Assembly (NCBI RefSeq): GCF_023055435.1
Contig: NW_025964001.1
Location: 39,060,001-39,124,000 of the forward strand
Direction of reading: 5' to 3'
Source: Haliotis rufescens
Taxonomy: Eukaryota
DNA: 64,000 nt
The stretch's first letter is position 1. Every line of letters starts with the position of its first letter. The position numbers and the translations under genes are program-made. Below, in pieces: positions 41,051 through 54,020 of the stretch. The notes below the pieces were generated by a model that searched no databases, was not told where the DNA came from, and saw nothing but the letters and a program-made list of their open reading frames with translations.

Positions 41051-42631
41051 TAAACGTTATTTACGGTTAAACAAAAGTGTTTTATGAGCACCTGATAGCT
41101 CAATAATCATTGTTTGCAGTTCATATTTTTTTTAAAACACGTCTGTGTGTATCATGCTCCGATGAGATACGCAAACAGCAACATTGTGCGCCGGGCATGA
41201 ATCACGACCTTAAAGTTGAGAGGTCTTCATGAATATGTATTGAAAGATGCATTAATTATTATCCCCCGCCACGAAGAGGAAAGGGGCTATAGGAATGGGG
41301 CGACCGTCCATATATAAGGAGATATCTTGACCAAACTTGTCACATAGATATGTCAAGTGGTGAAACGGTGCCTTTTGATAGTTTGGGATTATTTTTTTTC
41401 CATAGCAACGACTTTGACTTAGACTGAAAATGGCGGTAGTGCTCCTTTCCGGGGCAGATCTTGAAAACCGAAAAATAAATTCTTGCCTTCACACAACCGG
41501 ACATGTCAAAATGGTGATATGAGTATTTCATGCTTGTTAATTTTAGAATAAATTTATTGTTATTGAACTTTATTTGATGCACATGTTCCGATAGTATATT
41601 TCTGTTCAGAATTTGAGAACGACAAGTCTACCCAACCGCACCGCACCCAACGCTCCACCGAACACACATCCTCTATCGCGAACGCCCTGAATAACTGTGG
41701 CTGCTGTTTCCACACTGATAACCAGGATTGTGTAATCGAGGACATGTAGATGGCCAAACACTGGGTTGATATTTGTTCTTGCTGCAGTTTGTGGTAATCA
41801 TAACGTTTTACCATCAATTACGGGCATATAGATGAAAAACATTTATTAAATCGATAATGAGACGCTGTTATTTACATTATCTTAATTGATCTGCTGCGTG
41901 AAATAACATTATTAGTACAATCAAATAACATGAGCAGTGATTTATTCTTCGCAACGCGGTTTACAAACAATAAACAAACGGGTTCTTCGGGACTTCGTCA
42001 CGAGTTGCTTCCGGATTTCACGTTTATGTCTTGAAATGTACACAATTAACAGGAACATCTGGTGGTGGCATTTCGGGTTTCAATGTTTGACAGCAATACA
42101 GGTTTTTTTTTCAAGCATATTGTCTCAGGGAAATTTGCACATCTACATGTTAAATGACGTACACGCAATGGTACCATTTTGCACACAGATCACTTGGCCC
42201 CACATCTTGTCCAGTGTTTTGAAATGTTTGATATCACCTTTTGTAATAGTGATGAACATATCTTTACGTATGCCTACCATTGAAAAACCCGCGGAATAGC
42301 ATGCAATGTTCCCATGATTTATATATTTAAGTCCATCCCAGACATGGCTCTTCAGAAACACATGCTGTTAATCATTGGGTTGTCTGGTCCAGACTTAATT
42401 ACTTACAGACGCAGTCATATGGCTAGAAGACTACTTAGTACGGAGTTCAACAAACAAACTACATGTTTACATTGGATCCTGAATTAGCAAAGAAGGTTCT
42501 TGTGGAACTGCGTTGTGACTCAAAGGGACAGTTTACGAGCAAATGCAAGATTAAACGTAAAACCATGTAAATAAGCGTTCGAAAAGTGTTCAAAACTGCA
42601 CGATTGTCAATGGTCACTATACATATTACAG

Positions 42632-42796
42632 TGAGTGAGTGAGTATGGTTTTACGCAGCTTTTAGCAATATTCCAGCAATATCACGGCGGGGGACACCAG
42701 AAATGGGCTTCACACATTGTACCCATGTCGGGAATCGAACCCGGGTCTTCGGCGTGACGATCGAAAGCTGTAACCACTAGGCTCCCCGACCGCCCC
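42632..42796 (-). mobile_element. SINE family B
   Basis: TSD ATACATATTACAG. Confidence 0.88.
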
Positions 42797-43770
42797 ATAC
42801 ATATTACAGAAAATGCCAGAACCCCAATCACACGATCAGTGTTGTGAAGCCTCCACACACGAAATTCCTTCAGATCCCCGCTTTCAAAGGGGAATGCTAT
42901 CCAATCAAAGGTGGTAACGAGGAACAAGGTCCTGTCTGTAAGGCCAATACCTAGGCTGTATTTGAAGTAATGTACTTCACAGAAGAACTCCAGCAAAATA
43001 AACTGGACAACAATTCTGATGAACGTGTCTAGGTTTTGTCCTCCGCAGCTTCACTGAGCATAGCCATAGCTGTATAGCCTCTTCCAGTAAAATTAACAAG
43101 CCATGGTCACTTTATTCCGAATGGTACCTGTAGTTGCTGTTTTATTGGTTATATTGAAAGGCATGCCTCTTCCATTGAATGTGTGCGACACTACCCTCAT
43201 CAACGTGTCGTCATTAAAGAACATTGTTGTAAATAACTGAAATATTAGATGAATTGATACCTCAATTTTACACATTGTCTTAAAAGACTATGTGTAACAT
43301 AGAGAAATAAATTACTCGTAACTCACAATTATACATTATTTGTAGCTCAAGTTCAGAATACATGCCAAAAAGCAGATTCTACAAAATGTAATTACTCGGG
43401 ACTATCAAAGGAAGTGTAGGTTCGAAGTTTCAATGGTTCATTGTCCAGAGCAAATGGCAACAGAATGTTGTGGAGGCTGCTATCCTTCATAACAGACAGA
43501 TTATCCTTAACTCCCCGTAGTTGCGTCGGTTATTCTCTTCATTCAAACTATTGATAACTTTTTTTTATAAATAACATGAATCAGGGAAAACAAAGTTAAA
43601 TCTATGTGCATTACTGAAAGAATAATGATACATATATTCTCCAAAAGCAGGTTCAACGTTTATCCAGCTTCTCTCATTCTCACAAACTTATGTTGGACAC
43701 ACTGAACTATGGAATCAATCAATATGAAATGTTGTAAGTTCAAAGTAACTAGTTAGTCAGGCCACTCTAA

Positions 43771-43929
43771 TGTTGTTTGTTTGTTTATTGATTAACGTCG
43801 CACTCAGCATATATATTCCAGCTATATGACCACCGGATCCCGTTAGTCGCCTCTTACGACAAGCATAGTCGCCTTTAACGGCAAGCATGGGTTGCTGAAG
43901 ACCTATTCTACCCCGGATCTTCACGGGTC
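43771..43929 (-). mobile_element. SINE-like family A, internally deleted
   Basis: 5' GACCCGTGAAG head plus tail on the minus strand. Confidence 0.8.
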
Positions 43930-45341
43930 TGCAGTTTAAGATATATAGAGGGGATGCTAGATCAACAGCTGGGTCTTTCTCACACACTGTGTTGGCAACC
44001 ATGTCTAGAGTATGACAAGGGCAGACATATAGCAAGTAGAATTTTGAAAGCCATGTGCAGATATTGTCTAGTAACATTGTAAAATGTCAATGGTATAAAA
44101 ACAGGTGACTGTTAAATAAAGCAAGCAAAATGTTACTCAACCGATGGTAAAGTGCACATTGTGCACCTACATGTCAGGTCCATTGTGTCACCCACGATCT
44201 TAATGATTTCTAACTGGTTACCGTATACCCATCGTTTAATGTCAAAAAAATTTAATGCCACTGGGATCGTCCACTTAGAAAAGTATGCCAACGTGCGCTG
44301 TAAGATTTACAGCCAACGTCTTTATCTCCGATAAGCCCCAAATCATAAAATAGTTTTTTTCATACGCTACATACCAATCCCTTCCTTAATCACAAACTTC
44401 CAAATACCTATACTAGATTTTGTAAAAAGTCAACTTTCAATATATATGGATTCCAGATCGAAAACAAAATCCGGAGGCGCCACCATCTTGTTTTCCAAAA
44501 GCTGTACGGGTATGTGGGTGTCTGCCCTGGACAAAGATAAAATATGATAAATGATTGCAAGCATGATTCTATTTGTAAATCACTGGTCGGAGGACAGCTT
44601 GATTGATCACTATAGTCCCACGTGAATACAGTGAGTTCGCCATGTCCCCATTCCACAACCCTAGTTCTGTAACTACTGCTAAAACATCTACTGCTAGAAA
44701 AGTCACGCCCTGGCAATTGAACCCGTGGATCTGCATAATCCAAGGTAGAAAAAAATACACGTAGAACATAAACTCTACGTGCACCTTACACTCTACCCTT
44801 ACTCTTCAAAACACCTACTGTCCCTAAACACGATATTCACACCGATTTCAGCTGTTGGGACGACTGCGTCTTGAGTTTGATTTGTATTTGTAATTTTATA
44901 GGAAGATATAACCGAAACGGAGCCAAATGTTTGAAATGCAGTGGTAATTGGATACGAATTGATCAGAACGTTAAGTGCTTTACAAATATTGTTGTGAGCC
45001 ATTGCTTTAAATTGCTTTTCGTTGTGTTTCCTATGGTGTTCAAATTGCTCATGGTATATATACATCAGAGATAAACGAGATATTGTAATGGACAGCATTG
45101 ATTGAACACGCTGTGGGTTATTGCTTGCGCAGTAATTACGTTGTAAAGAGTCAACTTTGTCCGAACATTCCGAGTAATGTAGTTGCTTGTGCGTGTGTGT
45201 CATTTCTAAATTCAAACTATGTTCTGTCGAATTCAAAATAGAATACCACATTGTCAGTTTTGTTTCAACCTGCTTTAATTGTCTAGACTGTCTGGTCCAG
45301 ACTCGAATGTCAGCCCAGCGTCGTATCGCAGACGTATTCGT

Positions 45342-45520
45342 GGGAGTGGCGTTAGCAATTTTTCTCGTGGTTCGATCCCCGAGCCGCATCATACAAAAGA
45401 CGTTAAAATGTGGTACTTGCTATTCTGCCTGGCGCATTACATTCAGGGGATAAACAAAGACTAGTCGGCTGGCTTCACTGTAATGTGTTTGAGTGGGGTA
45501 TCCATGTTAAACTGCTACAT
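45342..45520 (+). mobile_element. SINE family D, degenerate
   Basis: GGTTCGATCCCC...CATACAAAAGACGTTAAAATGTGGTACTTGC...CATGTTAAACTG. Confidence 0.65.
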
Positions 45521-46379
45521 TGTATGTCAATGTGTTAGACACACGCGATATATATAATATTTTCCGATGTCTTTTCAGACTTTTTAGATTGGATTCGTGG
45601 GAATTGAGACCACATATTATTAATACTCTCTGTACATGTGTATTTAGATTTTGTCTGTGTATTAGAACTGATAAATTACTAGTATTGCTGGTAGCATATT
45701 AGACGTATGACTATGTGTTAATTGCTTACTTAAATCCTTCATACTTGTTATATTTGTCTCCGACTTTGGTCAACTGAATTATCTGAGTGGTCTTAATTGA
45801 GTATTGCTCAATTACCTTGTCATAAGGTGTATTTAGCTTGCTTGTTTAGCCGAGAGTTAATAAATCCTTAATCTATCAATGTCAAAGCGCTGTAATGCAA
45901 TCGGCCTGTATATTTAATTATTTCTCGTAATCACGCCCGTTCTTAGTCGCTCCTCTTTGAATGAGGCCTTAATCTAGCTAAGGCGGCAGAATTTGTGATT
46001 AATCACAGTGAAACCAGGTATCTAGATAAATACGGACTCGATCCCACACAGCAAAACCACAGCAAGGATGTTATTTCACTTGGCAACCCATGTCTCTGAC
46101 ACTGTTAAAAACAGTTTTCCTTGTTTTGCTGTACTGATATAAAATGACAAATACTTTTTTCTCATGAAATCGGTGTACCTTGACTGGCACCGAGGAATAT
46201 CTAACGACAACAGACGAGGCAGAATGCTCAGGTAGATTGACAACAATGACCTCTCTGACATAAATAACAACTGGGTTTCATGGCCAATATTTCGTGATCT
46301 GAAAAATGAAAGTAACCAGAAAGGATTGGACAAACTACATTTTACAACTTCTTTGATAGGCATTTAGAAGTTGGAGTAC

Positions 46380-46578
46380 TAAGTAAGGGTACGAATTTAT
46401 GGATGAACAACTCCTTTATTACAATTAAGAGCGACGTTTCGGTGTAGGTTCTAACGCCGTTATCAAGCAAGTGACGAGGCAAAATGCTTGCTTGATAACG
46501 GTGTTAGAACCTACCCCGAAACGTCGCTCTTAATTGTAATAAAGAAGTTGTTCATCCATAAATTCTGATCCTTACTTA
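46380..46578. repeat. ~90-bp-arm inverted repeat of PLE-like terminal repeats, each arm with a minimal hammerhead-like motif
   Basis: Arms 46380-46471 and 46487-46578 are near-perfect reverse complements; each reads TTGATAA-C-GGYGT...ACMCC-GAAA-CGTC...AATAAA. Confidence 0.8.
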
Positions 46579-47563
46579 CATTTTACAAATTGCAATTGTT
46601 TGTGCATTTTCACATTTTGTCACACCCTTCATTTTGGATATGCCATTTCGAATATCCCTTTGCCAGTGTCATCATAAGCTCAGCATTCGTCAATTATGCT
46701 GAGTCAACTTAAAAAGAAATTTTAGGACCAAAACAATGAAATGCCCCCCAATGCGCTGCAAAACGAACATATTTCTTTAACGTGTTTCTTTACCTATACG
46801 TAGCAGAATGTCTGCACATGTACACAACTTACGTACTTCAAAATTAACATATCATTTTTAGTTTCAACAAATGCTGTAAATGCACTATCGTGCCTCTGTA
46901 TTTTCTTTACATCACTTGATTGTCTGTTCTGTTTTCAAGCTGGCGTCCCATGGCAGCAATGCTGAGGTGCGGCGTCATGCAACAAACAAACACCTTTTGT
47001 GCAAATTGTGCAAGAGGTGGGTGTTATCGGTAGGGCAGGACATGCTTTACCTTTTTGCGAACACTGATATATTCACTGATTTTCAGTGATCCATTCATAC
47101 ATATTCCACCACTATTTTACGTTTTACTCACAATGGAATCAAGTTCGACGGATAATTGAGACTGGTTATTCTCTGGCATTGTTTTGTATTTCTTCCATAG
47201 CTAGATGCAGTACATTATGTAGTGAGGAAGACAGAAATTAAAAAACTGGTGCGCCCAGTCAAGACGATCTGGTCAATAATCTAAGATCTATATTGTAATA
47301 TAACGGGTCTTACATCCTGCAGTGCATCAAATCACGTGATCACATTGATTAAAAACATGAAAATATTTGGAAATTATCTGCACATGCTTTGCAGATCCTA
47401 CAGTCGACCGAAATCTGCACGACAGTTTACGAACCGGATTTCGATTTTGTTGCGCAATTTTGACTGGACTATACATAGACTCCATAATACCAGCCTAATT
47501 CGGACAGGCTGGAAACTGGACTTTTATAGTCAGTTTACTCTCTTGCCTCTGGAAGATGGATCG

Positions 47564-47652
47564 CCTTAGTCGCCTCTTACGATAGACATGGTCGCTTTTT
47601 ACGGCCAGCATGGGTTGTTGAAGACCTATTCTACCCCGGATCTTCACGGGTC
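47564..47652 (-). mobile_element. SINE-like family A, 5' head only
   Basis: Reverse complement of GACCCGTGAAG...GGCGACTAA. Confidence 0.75.
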
Positions 47653-47906
47653 TAATGAATAAGTGAGTGAGTTTGGTCTTATGCCACTTGAAGCAACTGT
47701 TATAGTGCAAACCATTTCAATACGTCTCTTTACATTTATCTAATATTCCTATTTGTTTCAATATGTTTCCAAAGTGCACCGAAATTCTATCCTCTTTGTT
47801 TCATGTATACAGCAAACATTCGGCGTATCCCCTCTAAGCATAAGCCCCCTCCGGGCGGGACCCTTAAAACCCCAGCGCTGTCTATAAATGTCAGTTAACA
47901 CCTTAC

Positions 47907-48262
47907 GTTGGTTGGTTGGTTGGTTGTTTTACGCCGCACTCAGCAATATTACAGCTATATGACGGCGGTCTGTAAAATAATCGAGTCTTAACCAGACAAT
48001 CCAGTGATTGATATCAAGAGCATCGATCCTCGCAATTGGTTGGTTGCTTGCTTGCTTTGTTGTTTAACGCCGCACTCAACAATATTCAAGCTATATGACG
48101 GCGGTCAGTAAATAATCGAGTCTGGACAAGAAGAATACAGTGATTGACATCATGAGGATCGATCCACGCAATTAGGATACGATGACATGCATCAACCAAG
48201 TCAGCGAGCCTGACCACCCGATCCCGTTAGTCGCCTCGTACGACAAGCATAGTCGCCTTTTA
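47907..48262 (-). mobile_element. SINE-like family A with a tandemly duplicated 3' half
   Basis: Two consecutive tail/body segments (47907-48040 and 48041-48262). Confidence 0.8.
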
Positions 48263-48302
48263 GCAACTGGTTAATAATACCATTTATGAATATGAAGAAA
48301 AT

Positions 48303-48693
48303 ATGTGGCGCAGAAAAGTTTCTGTTACTACAGGTCTTTCACGCTTCATGCTAATACACACAAAGCTTATATTATGGCAACTAGCATATCTGTACCAAGA
48401 ACAGAGGTCAAGTTTAAAATTTTGTGTTAGTGTTTCATCACGAAACCAAACTTCCAGGGACTGTTTATTGTGTAATAAGCATGCCTTTGATTATGATAAT
48501 CACATCATATTACATTGCGAAGTTCTACTGCAGGAAAGAAATGAACTGTTTTCAACTTTTATTGATCTGCTTGATGTTGAAACCTATGTCCAGTTGGAAT
48601 TGCAAGATGAAGAAGATATGTTGTCATTTTTCTTTGGTGCTGATACTCACTTCTCACAATGTATTGAGATAGTTACATGGGAATCTGTTATAC
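48303..48693 (+). mobile_element. 3' end of a LINE ORF2 (CCHC zinc knuckle), running into the assembly gap
   Basis: CLLCNKHAFDYDNHIILHC...ERNELF...QDEEDMLSFFFG; a second copy is at 1-480. Confidence 0.6.
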
Positions 48694-48829
48694 NNNNNNN
48701 NNNNNNNNNNNNNNNNNNNNNNNNNNNNNNNNNNNNNNNNNNNNNNNNNNNNNNNNNNNNNNNNNNNNNNNNNNNNNNNNNNNNNNNNNNNNNNNNNNNN
48801 NNNNNNNNNNNNNNNNNNNNNNNNNNNNN
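48694..48829. other. Assembly gap (N run)
   Basis: 136 N. Confidence 1.
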
Positions 48830-49181
48830 ATGTACCAAGCTGGCCTGGTCCAGACTCGATTATTTACATGCATATCACATTCAAGAGACAATGACTAAAT
48901 GATTTAACAACATTGAATTGACTAGAAATTATTTCTATTATGGGATGGTATTATTACGAAAACAAAACGATTAAACGGGCTAATTGGGTCAGTTTTAGAT
49001 AATATGCTAATTAATATATATTATGTTTCTTTGACTAATGTCAAGTAGTTTTTACGATTCCTTTGCAATATTCCATCAATATCGCGGTAGGGGATACCAA
49101 ATATGTGCTTCACAAACTTAAGTTCCCTGATACTCCACCATGCCTTAATATATGACAACACATTATTTCCAACTCGCCTAC

Positions 49182-50625
49182 CTGTCCACATTGTTCAAAC
49201 TTGCTTCTTTTGTTCCAAAATGAAAGATGTCGTCGAGAAGGACTGAACGTGAATAAACTTAAAGCGAGTATAAATAATATCAAGGAAACGTTCTTTGGGA
49301 GTGCTTCATTCAGCTCTGTATCTTCATCTTTATTACATAATATACTCAAGTAATAAACGTGTACAATATTCACTTGCCGTATTATGGACATCGGAACTGC
49401 TTATTGCCAGAAGAAGAATGTAGAGGAAACACTCCACGAGCCAGAAGACATTAGTTGCAATGTTGAAGAATCCCAGCGGTATGTCTATTATCCGATAGGA
49501 CAGAACACATGCCAAAAAGGTATTCAACAAGAAACATGTTCCATTTGAAGGCTACGTTGATTATGCCCACGGCCTGACAAAGATGTGTGTAAACCTCAGT
49601 TGTGATGAACGATCAGGGATGGGATCGTTTGCCTTCAGAATCTGCATGGAAAGGGTATTTCTGAATTGAAAGAACTGGGCTCGTGTGACTCGGGAGATTA
49701 TGTTTACGAAGACTAAGGCTCCAGATTGAAACACAAGGTTGGTTGGTTGGTTTGTTGTTTAACGCCGCATTCAGCAATATTCCAGCTATATACAGACGGC
49801 GGTCTGTAAATAATCGAGTCTTGACCAGACAATCCAGTGATTAACATCATGAGCATCGATCCACGGAAATGGGATACGATGACATGCATCAACCTGACCA
49901 CACGATCCCGTTAGTCACTTCTTACGACAAGCATAGTCTCCTTTTACGGCATTCATGGGTTGTTGAAGACCTATTCTACCCCGGATCTTCACAGGTCTGA
50001 AACACAAGGGGGATGAGGGTGAAGTAAACTGAGGAGTTTGACTCGGGAAATGGCCGGACAACGTTAGTTGTGAACTGTTGTAATGAGGGTACATCTGCAA
50101 GCAGGAATGTGCCAACTCCAGACATATTTGCAACAGTGAGAAACCAACCAAATGCGATTCCCAGACTCGCATACCATATACTTAAAAGAGTATATGTGAT
50201 AGGACACTGAAACAGGGAATTCCAATGTTTGTAGCACGATCTCAGAAGAGAAAGTTTCTGGCATGCAACGGTCATAATTGTAGCATTCAGTGCACACACC
50301 AAAATCCATGTGGTCAAAATAATTCTGACCGACAAACCTTCGTTAAGAGAGAACAACCCAAACTACGCCCCGACCAAAATTGAACCACAGTAAGAGTAGA
50401 ATCATGTAACTGTAGTGAGTGAGTGAGTGAGTGAGTGAGTGAGTGAGTGAGTGAGTGACACTGTACTGGTTTGTCGGTGAAATGATAATCGAAGTATAAT
50501 CCAAATATTTTCATAGACACTACGATTGGCTTCAGTTTCTCCTCAATAGAAGTGCATGGGAACTTCGTAGATTCTTTATTTCAAGTGATATGTAGATCAG
50601 AAGCAATTAACGCTTCGACATTCAT
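49182..50625 (-). pseudogene. Inverted GRL pseudogene, closest to gene 4; exon 1 remnant 50625-49378, exon 2 remnant 49248-49182
   Basis: Minus strand reads MNVEALIASDLHIT*NKESTKFPCTSIEEKLKPIVVSMKIFGLYFD..., LNEGLSVRIILTTWILVCALNATIM..., LAISSSDVHNT. It has an in-frame stop, frameshifts, a (CACT)n tract, a SINE insertion at 49739-49997, a GC donor, and a degenerate exon 2 (LDDIFHFGTKEAS...CGQ|gtagg). Confidence 0.88.
49739..49997 (-). mobile_element. SINE-like family A inserted in the GRL pseudogene
   Basis: 12-bp TSD TGAAACACAAGG (49727-49738 and 49998-50009). Confidence 0.88.
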
Positions 50626-51596
50626 ATCTGAAGATTTACATACGACCCAAATATTTGGAACAGAGTGTATGAAACTGTCAAGTCATTTTAAAACCATTTG
50701 ACAGAACTCGTCTTCGTCGTACATCCTTTATAGGGTGTGATCATGCTAGAACCGCCTACCTACTTCGTCTGTTGTGCAATCATGTCTTCCTGTAATATGT
50801 AGTTGGGACAGACGAGTAAATGTTTGCAAACAATGTTATCGGAAACCACATTTCCACGGTGTAAAGACACAACAGTTGATATCTTCGATTGATTGGACTT
50901 GATTGTTGTTATTGCTTTCACAATAATCACTGATATTGGGTTCCGTGTAGAAATTGTATCATCGATATATTTAAAGGCATGATTGATACATAACTGGTCC
51001 ATCACTGGATTGTTTTTAGGTCACCGTCGCATGGCTGGAACACTGCTATGCGGCGTCGGGCAACAAACAACACACCTACTTTTAAGGGCAAATTGTGTGA
51101 GTGGTGGACGTTGTCATGTTATTCGTCATTCGAATGACGAAAAAGGAATTATTTCGTCATTCAAAATTCAACTTACAACTTTAAAATACATTCGAATGAC
51201 GATTGACAATTATTTTGTCATTTGTCATTCAGCTTACACGATTACAATACAAGCGACGATTGAATGACGAATTTTTCGTCATTCAACTTACAACATTAAA
51301 ATACGTTCGAATGCTAACTTCTGGTTGCCGGATGTTAACTGTAGGGCACGACATGGTTTCTATTTTCGCGAGCACCTGGTGTAATCACTGATTTGCAGTG
51401 ATCCATTCATATAATATTCACCGCTATTTTGTCTTTTACACCTAATGGAATCGGCGGATAATCGAGGATGGTTATATTCTAATCTTGATGGTTTATATAC
51501 TACACAACTAAAGGTTATGGTGTTTGTTGTAGCCAGGTTTGAGGGGGGGGGGGGGGGGGGGAGGGGCAGGGGAGATTGAAACTGAATGTACACACG

Positions 51597-52184
51597 TGTT
51601 ATGTGGTAGTATATATTGTAAGTTTATTTCTTTGGATTGTTAGTGGCAGCCAATTGAAGGCTCGTAAAATAGAATGACCTTCCTCGGAACTTTACAGTCC
51701 AAGTTCCGTCAAAGCGCTTGACGCTTCGTGAGGTTACAGTGTTCAGAAGGCTTTCTGTACTCATATAAGAGCGACACGAGGTAACTGGACGCCTTCTTCT
51801 ATCTGACTTGCGGCTTATCTTCTTGCCCAGAGCGGATGGGATACCTGTGCGAAAACACCGACTTCACTGACTGTATCCAACAACGCTTCCTCCATTCAAC
51901 AACGTGACACTTGCATCACCGACGACATTCAACTGTCACTAATTCTGGACATTTGTGAGTGCGGCTGACCAGGTAATAGGACCCGTTATTTTACTGCTGC
52001 TTCTACATACTTGACCCATTGCCTTTTAAATCGTACGCTATTAAACCTTATCCTGTATGTTTCAATATTATTTGTTGATTTTACATTGATATTGTGTTTT
52101 GTTCACTGACTTTACAATTAAGTTCTGTACGGACTGATTTCTAGGTTAACCTTTGCGTTTAAACTAGGGAATCAACACGTAACA
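51597..52184. mobile_element. Solo LTR (Gypsy-like)
   Basis: TGTTA...TAACA termini; flanks CACG/CATG fit a 4-bp TSD with CpG decay; 3' end GGAATCAACACGTAACA resembles 25867. Confidence 0.6.
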
Positions 52185-52226
52185 CATGGTGCAGTTGGGG
52201 AATTGTGTTGTCCTCTCAGAGGATAC

Positions 52227-52356
52227 GACCGCCTCCGTGGTCTAGTGGTAGAGCGTCCGCCCAGATAGTTGAAGATCCGGTGTTCGATCGCATGCACGTC
52301 GCTATATAAGTGGAATAATTTCTTGGACGCGACGTTAAACCCAATTTCACCTGACC
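52227..52356 (+). mobile_element. SINE family D, internally deleted
   Basis: GACCGCCTCCGTGGTCTAGTGGTAGAGCG head joined to the GACGTTAAACCC tail. Confidence 0.75.
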
Positions 52357-52949
52357 TCAGAGAATATATATATGGTGTGAGTTTCTGTCATCTCCTATCT
52401 TTGCAGTGCTGGAGAGAAAAGAACTTTTAACTCAACAAGAAAACTCACCCTAGCTGAAAGCTAGATTCAAGGCTGACAGTTTCTGAATTTAAGACACAGT
52501 TTACATTCGCAACACGTGCTGCACATGGCGATATCAAACACATTCTTTTTTAATGTACCTGTAATAAGCAGGATCAGTAGACATTTGCCATGTCACATAC
52601 CATTTTTGCGATTCCGGGGAAGAATTGGTCATCAGTAAACTATGTTTGTGGAGGGGATCGATGAACTTGAATCAGGTACAGAGGACGGGTGACTGGACAA
52701 ATACAATTCGCAGTACTCGTCGTCAAAAGAAACGCAAACCATAGTCACATATAGAGGAAGTATGTACGTTAAGAAGAGATGTTTCCAATGTGTACCAATT
52801 TTTTACAAAACTAATAATCAGTCAAGTGTTCTCAGTTGGTCGTTATTCTAATCACGATATGCTGCACGTAATTTCCAAACTTTACACGCTAATCCTGCAT
52901 GAGACAACGCTTCAATGGGATTCCAATTGAGTTTAACAAAAATGACCCT

Positions 52950-54020
52950 AAGATATGTTCTGTGATGTAGTTTTTATACAACATGTCTTTACACCAAACC
53001 TTGATCTTTAGGAGTAGTTCATCCCACCCTATAAGAAAGGTACAGATAGCATCCCATCAAAATACAGGCTAACAGCATTACTTGATGTCTCCGGAAAGAT
53101 TTTTGCCAACGTAATAAGTAAAAGACTTTATGAATGGGTCGAAAAAATGCAGAACAGGCTTATTTTAGGAAGGGATTTTAGTCGTTAGATTATGTTTATG
53201 TACTAGATATAGCTGTCACTACGTATTTATCCCTTACAAAGGGGTCCTTGCTGTTTTGTAGACCCCAAGGCTTTAGAATCTGTAAATAGAGAAAATTTAT
53301 TGTACAAACAATGGTTCAGTGATGTAAAAGGAAGGTTCTTTCATTTTGAAAGAAATATATATTCAAAAGTGAAATCTTGTATTTGTCTAAAAGAAGGTTA
53401 TACTGAATGTAAAGCTGTAAAGATTGTCAGTTATCACCACTCTTTTAGCTCTTTGTAAATGTCATTATGGACTTTTTGGGAGAAGATGGAGATAGATGTA
53501 TTGAATTAGGGATTCTTCACATCTTTATGTTATTATTTGCAGATGATATGGTAATAATTCATTAATGTACTGTAATAGTACAGTTTTAGGCTAAAAAAAG
53601 ATTGAACCAGCATCATATTGTAATAAATGGCGTCAAACCGTAAATACTGATAAGAGAAAAATCCGTATTGGTGGTCAAAAGGTTCTAAAATAAGAAAATT
53701 GTGAAAAAGAAAAAAGAGTACCACTATTGGAAACTATCATCGTAGAAGTATCCAGGTGTGTACTTCCCAGGTACTGGTAATTGGTATGTGACAGGTATTA
53801 CCGCAAATGTCTTTTAAAGTATTAAATATTGTTCGTATTTAGTTGCAAGATTTTATTAATCTTCCACTATCAGTGGCACATATTGGATGTTGAAACATTT
53901 CCAGTGTTAACGAACGGTTCAGAAGTATGTGGTTTCCATCCATCTCCTGATGTAACACGTGGGTATGATAATTATTTCAAACAAATACTCCATCTCGGTC
54001 GATATGCACAAAACCTAGAT
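52950..54020 (+). mobile_element. Degenerate non-LTR retrotransposon RT (RTE-X/CR1-like)
   Basis: KYRLTALLDVSGKIFANVISKRLYEW, EQAYFRKG, CQLSPL and LLFADDMVI, with stops and frameshifts. Confidence 0.7.

Noticed and set aside
42840-44760. Possible decayed gene (coding-like stretches on the minus strand)
   Set aside because: No recognisable motif in any frame and frequent stops; cannot be supported without BLASTx.
44799-45392. 197-aa minus-strand ORF
   Set aside because: Starts inside SINE sequence and has no domain features.
51118-51312. Palindromic TTCGTCATTCGAATGACGAA repeats as regulatory operators
   Set aside because: Most simply subterminal repeats of a decayed DNA transposon; no supporting context.
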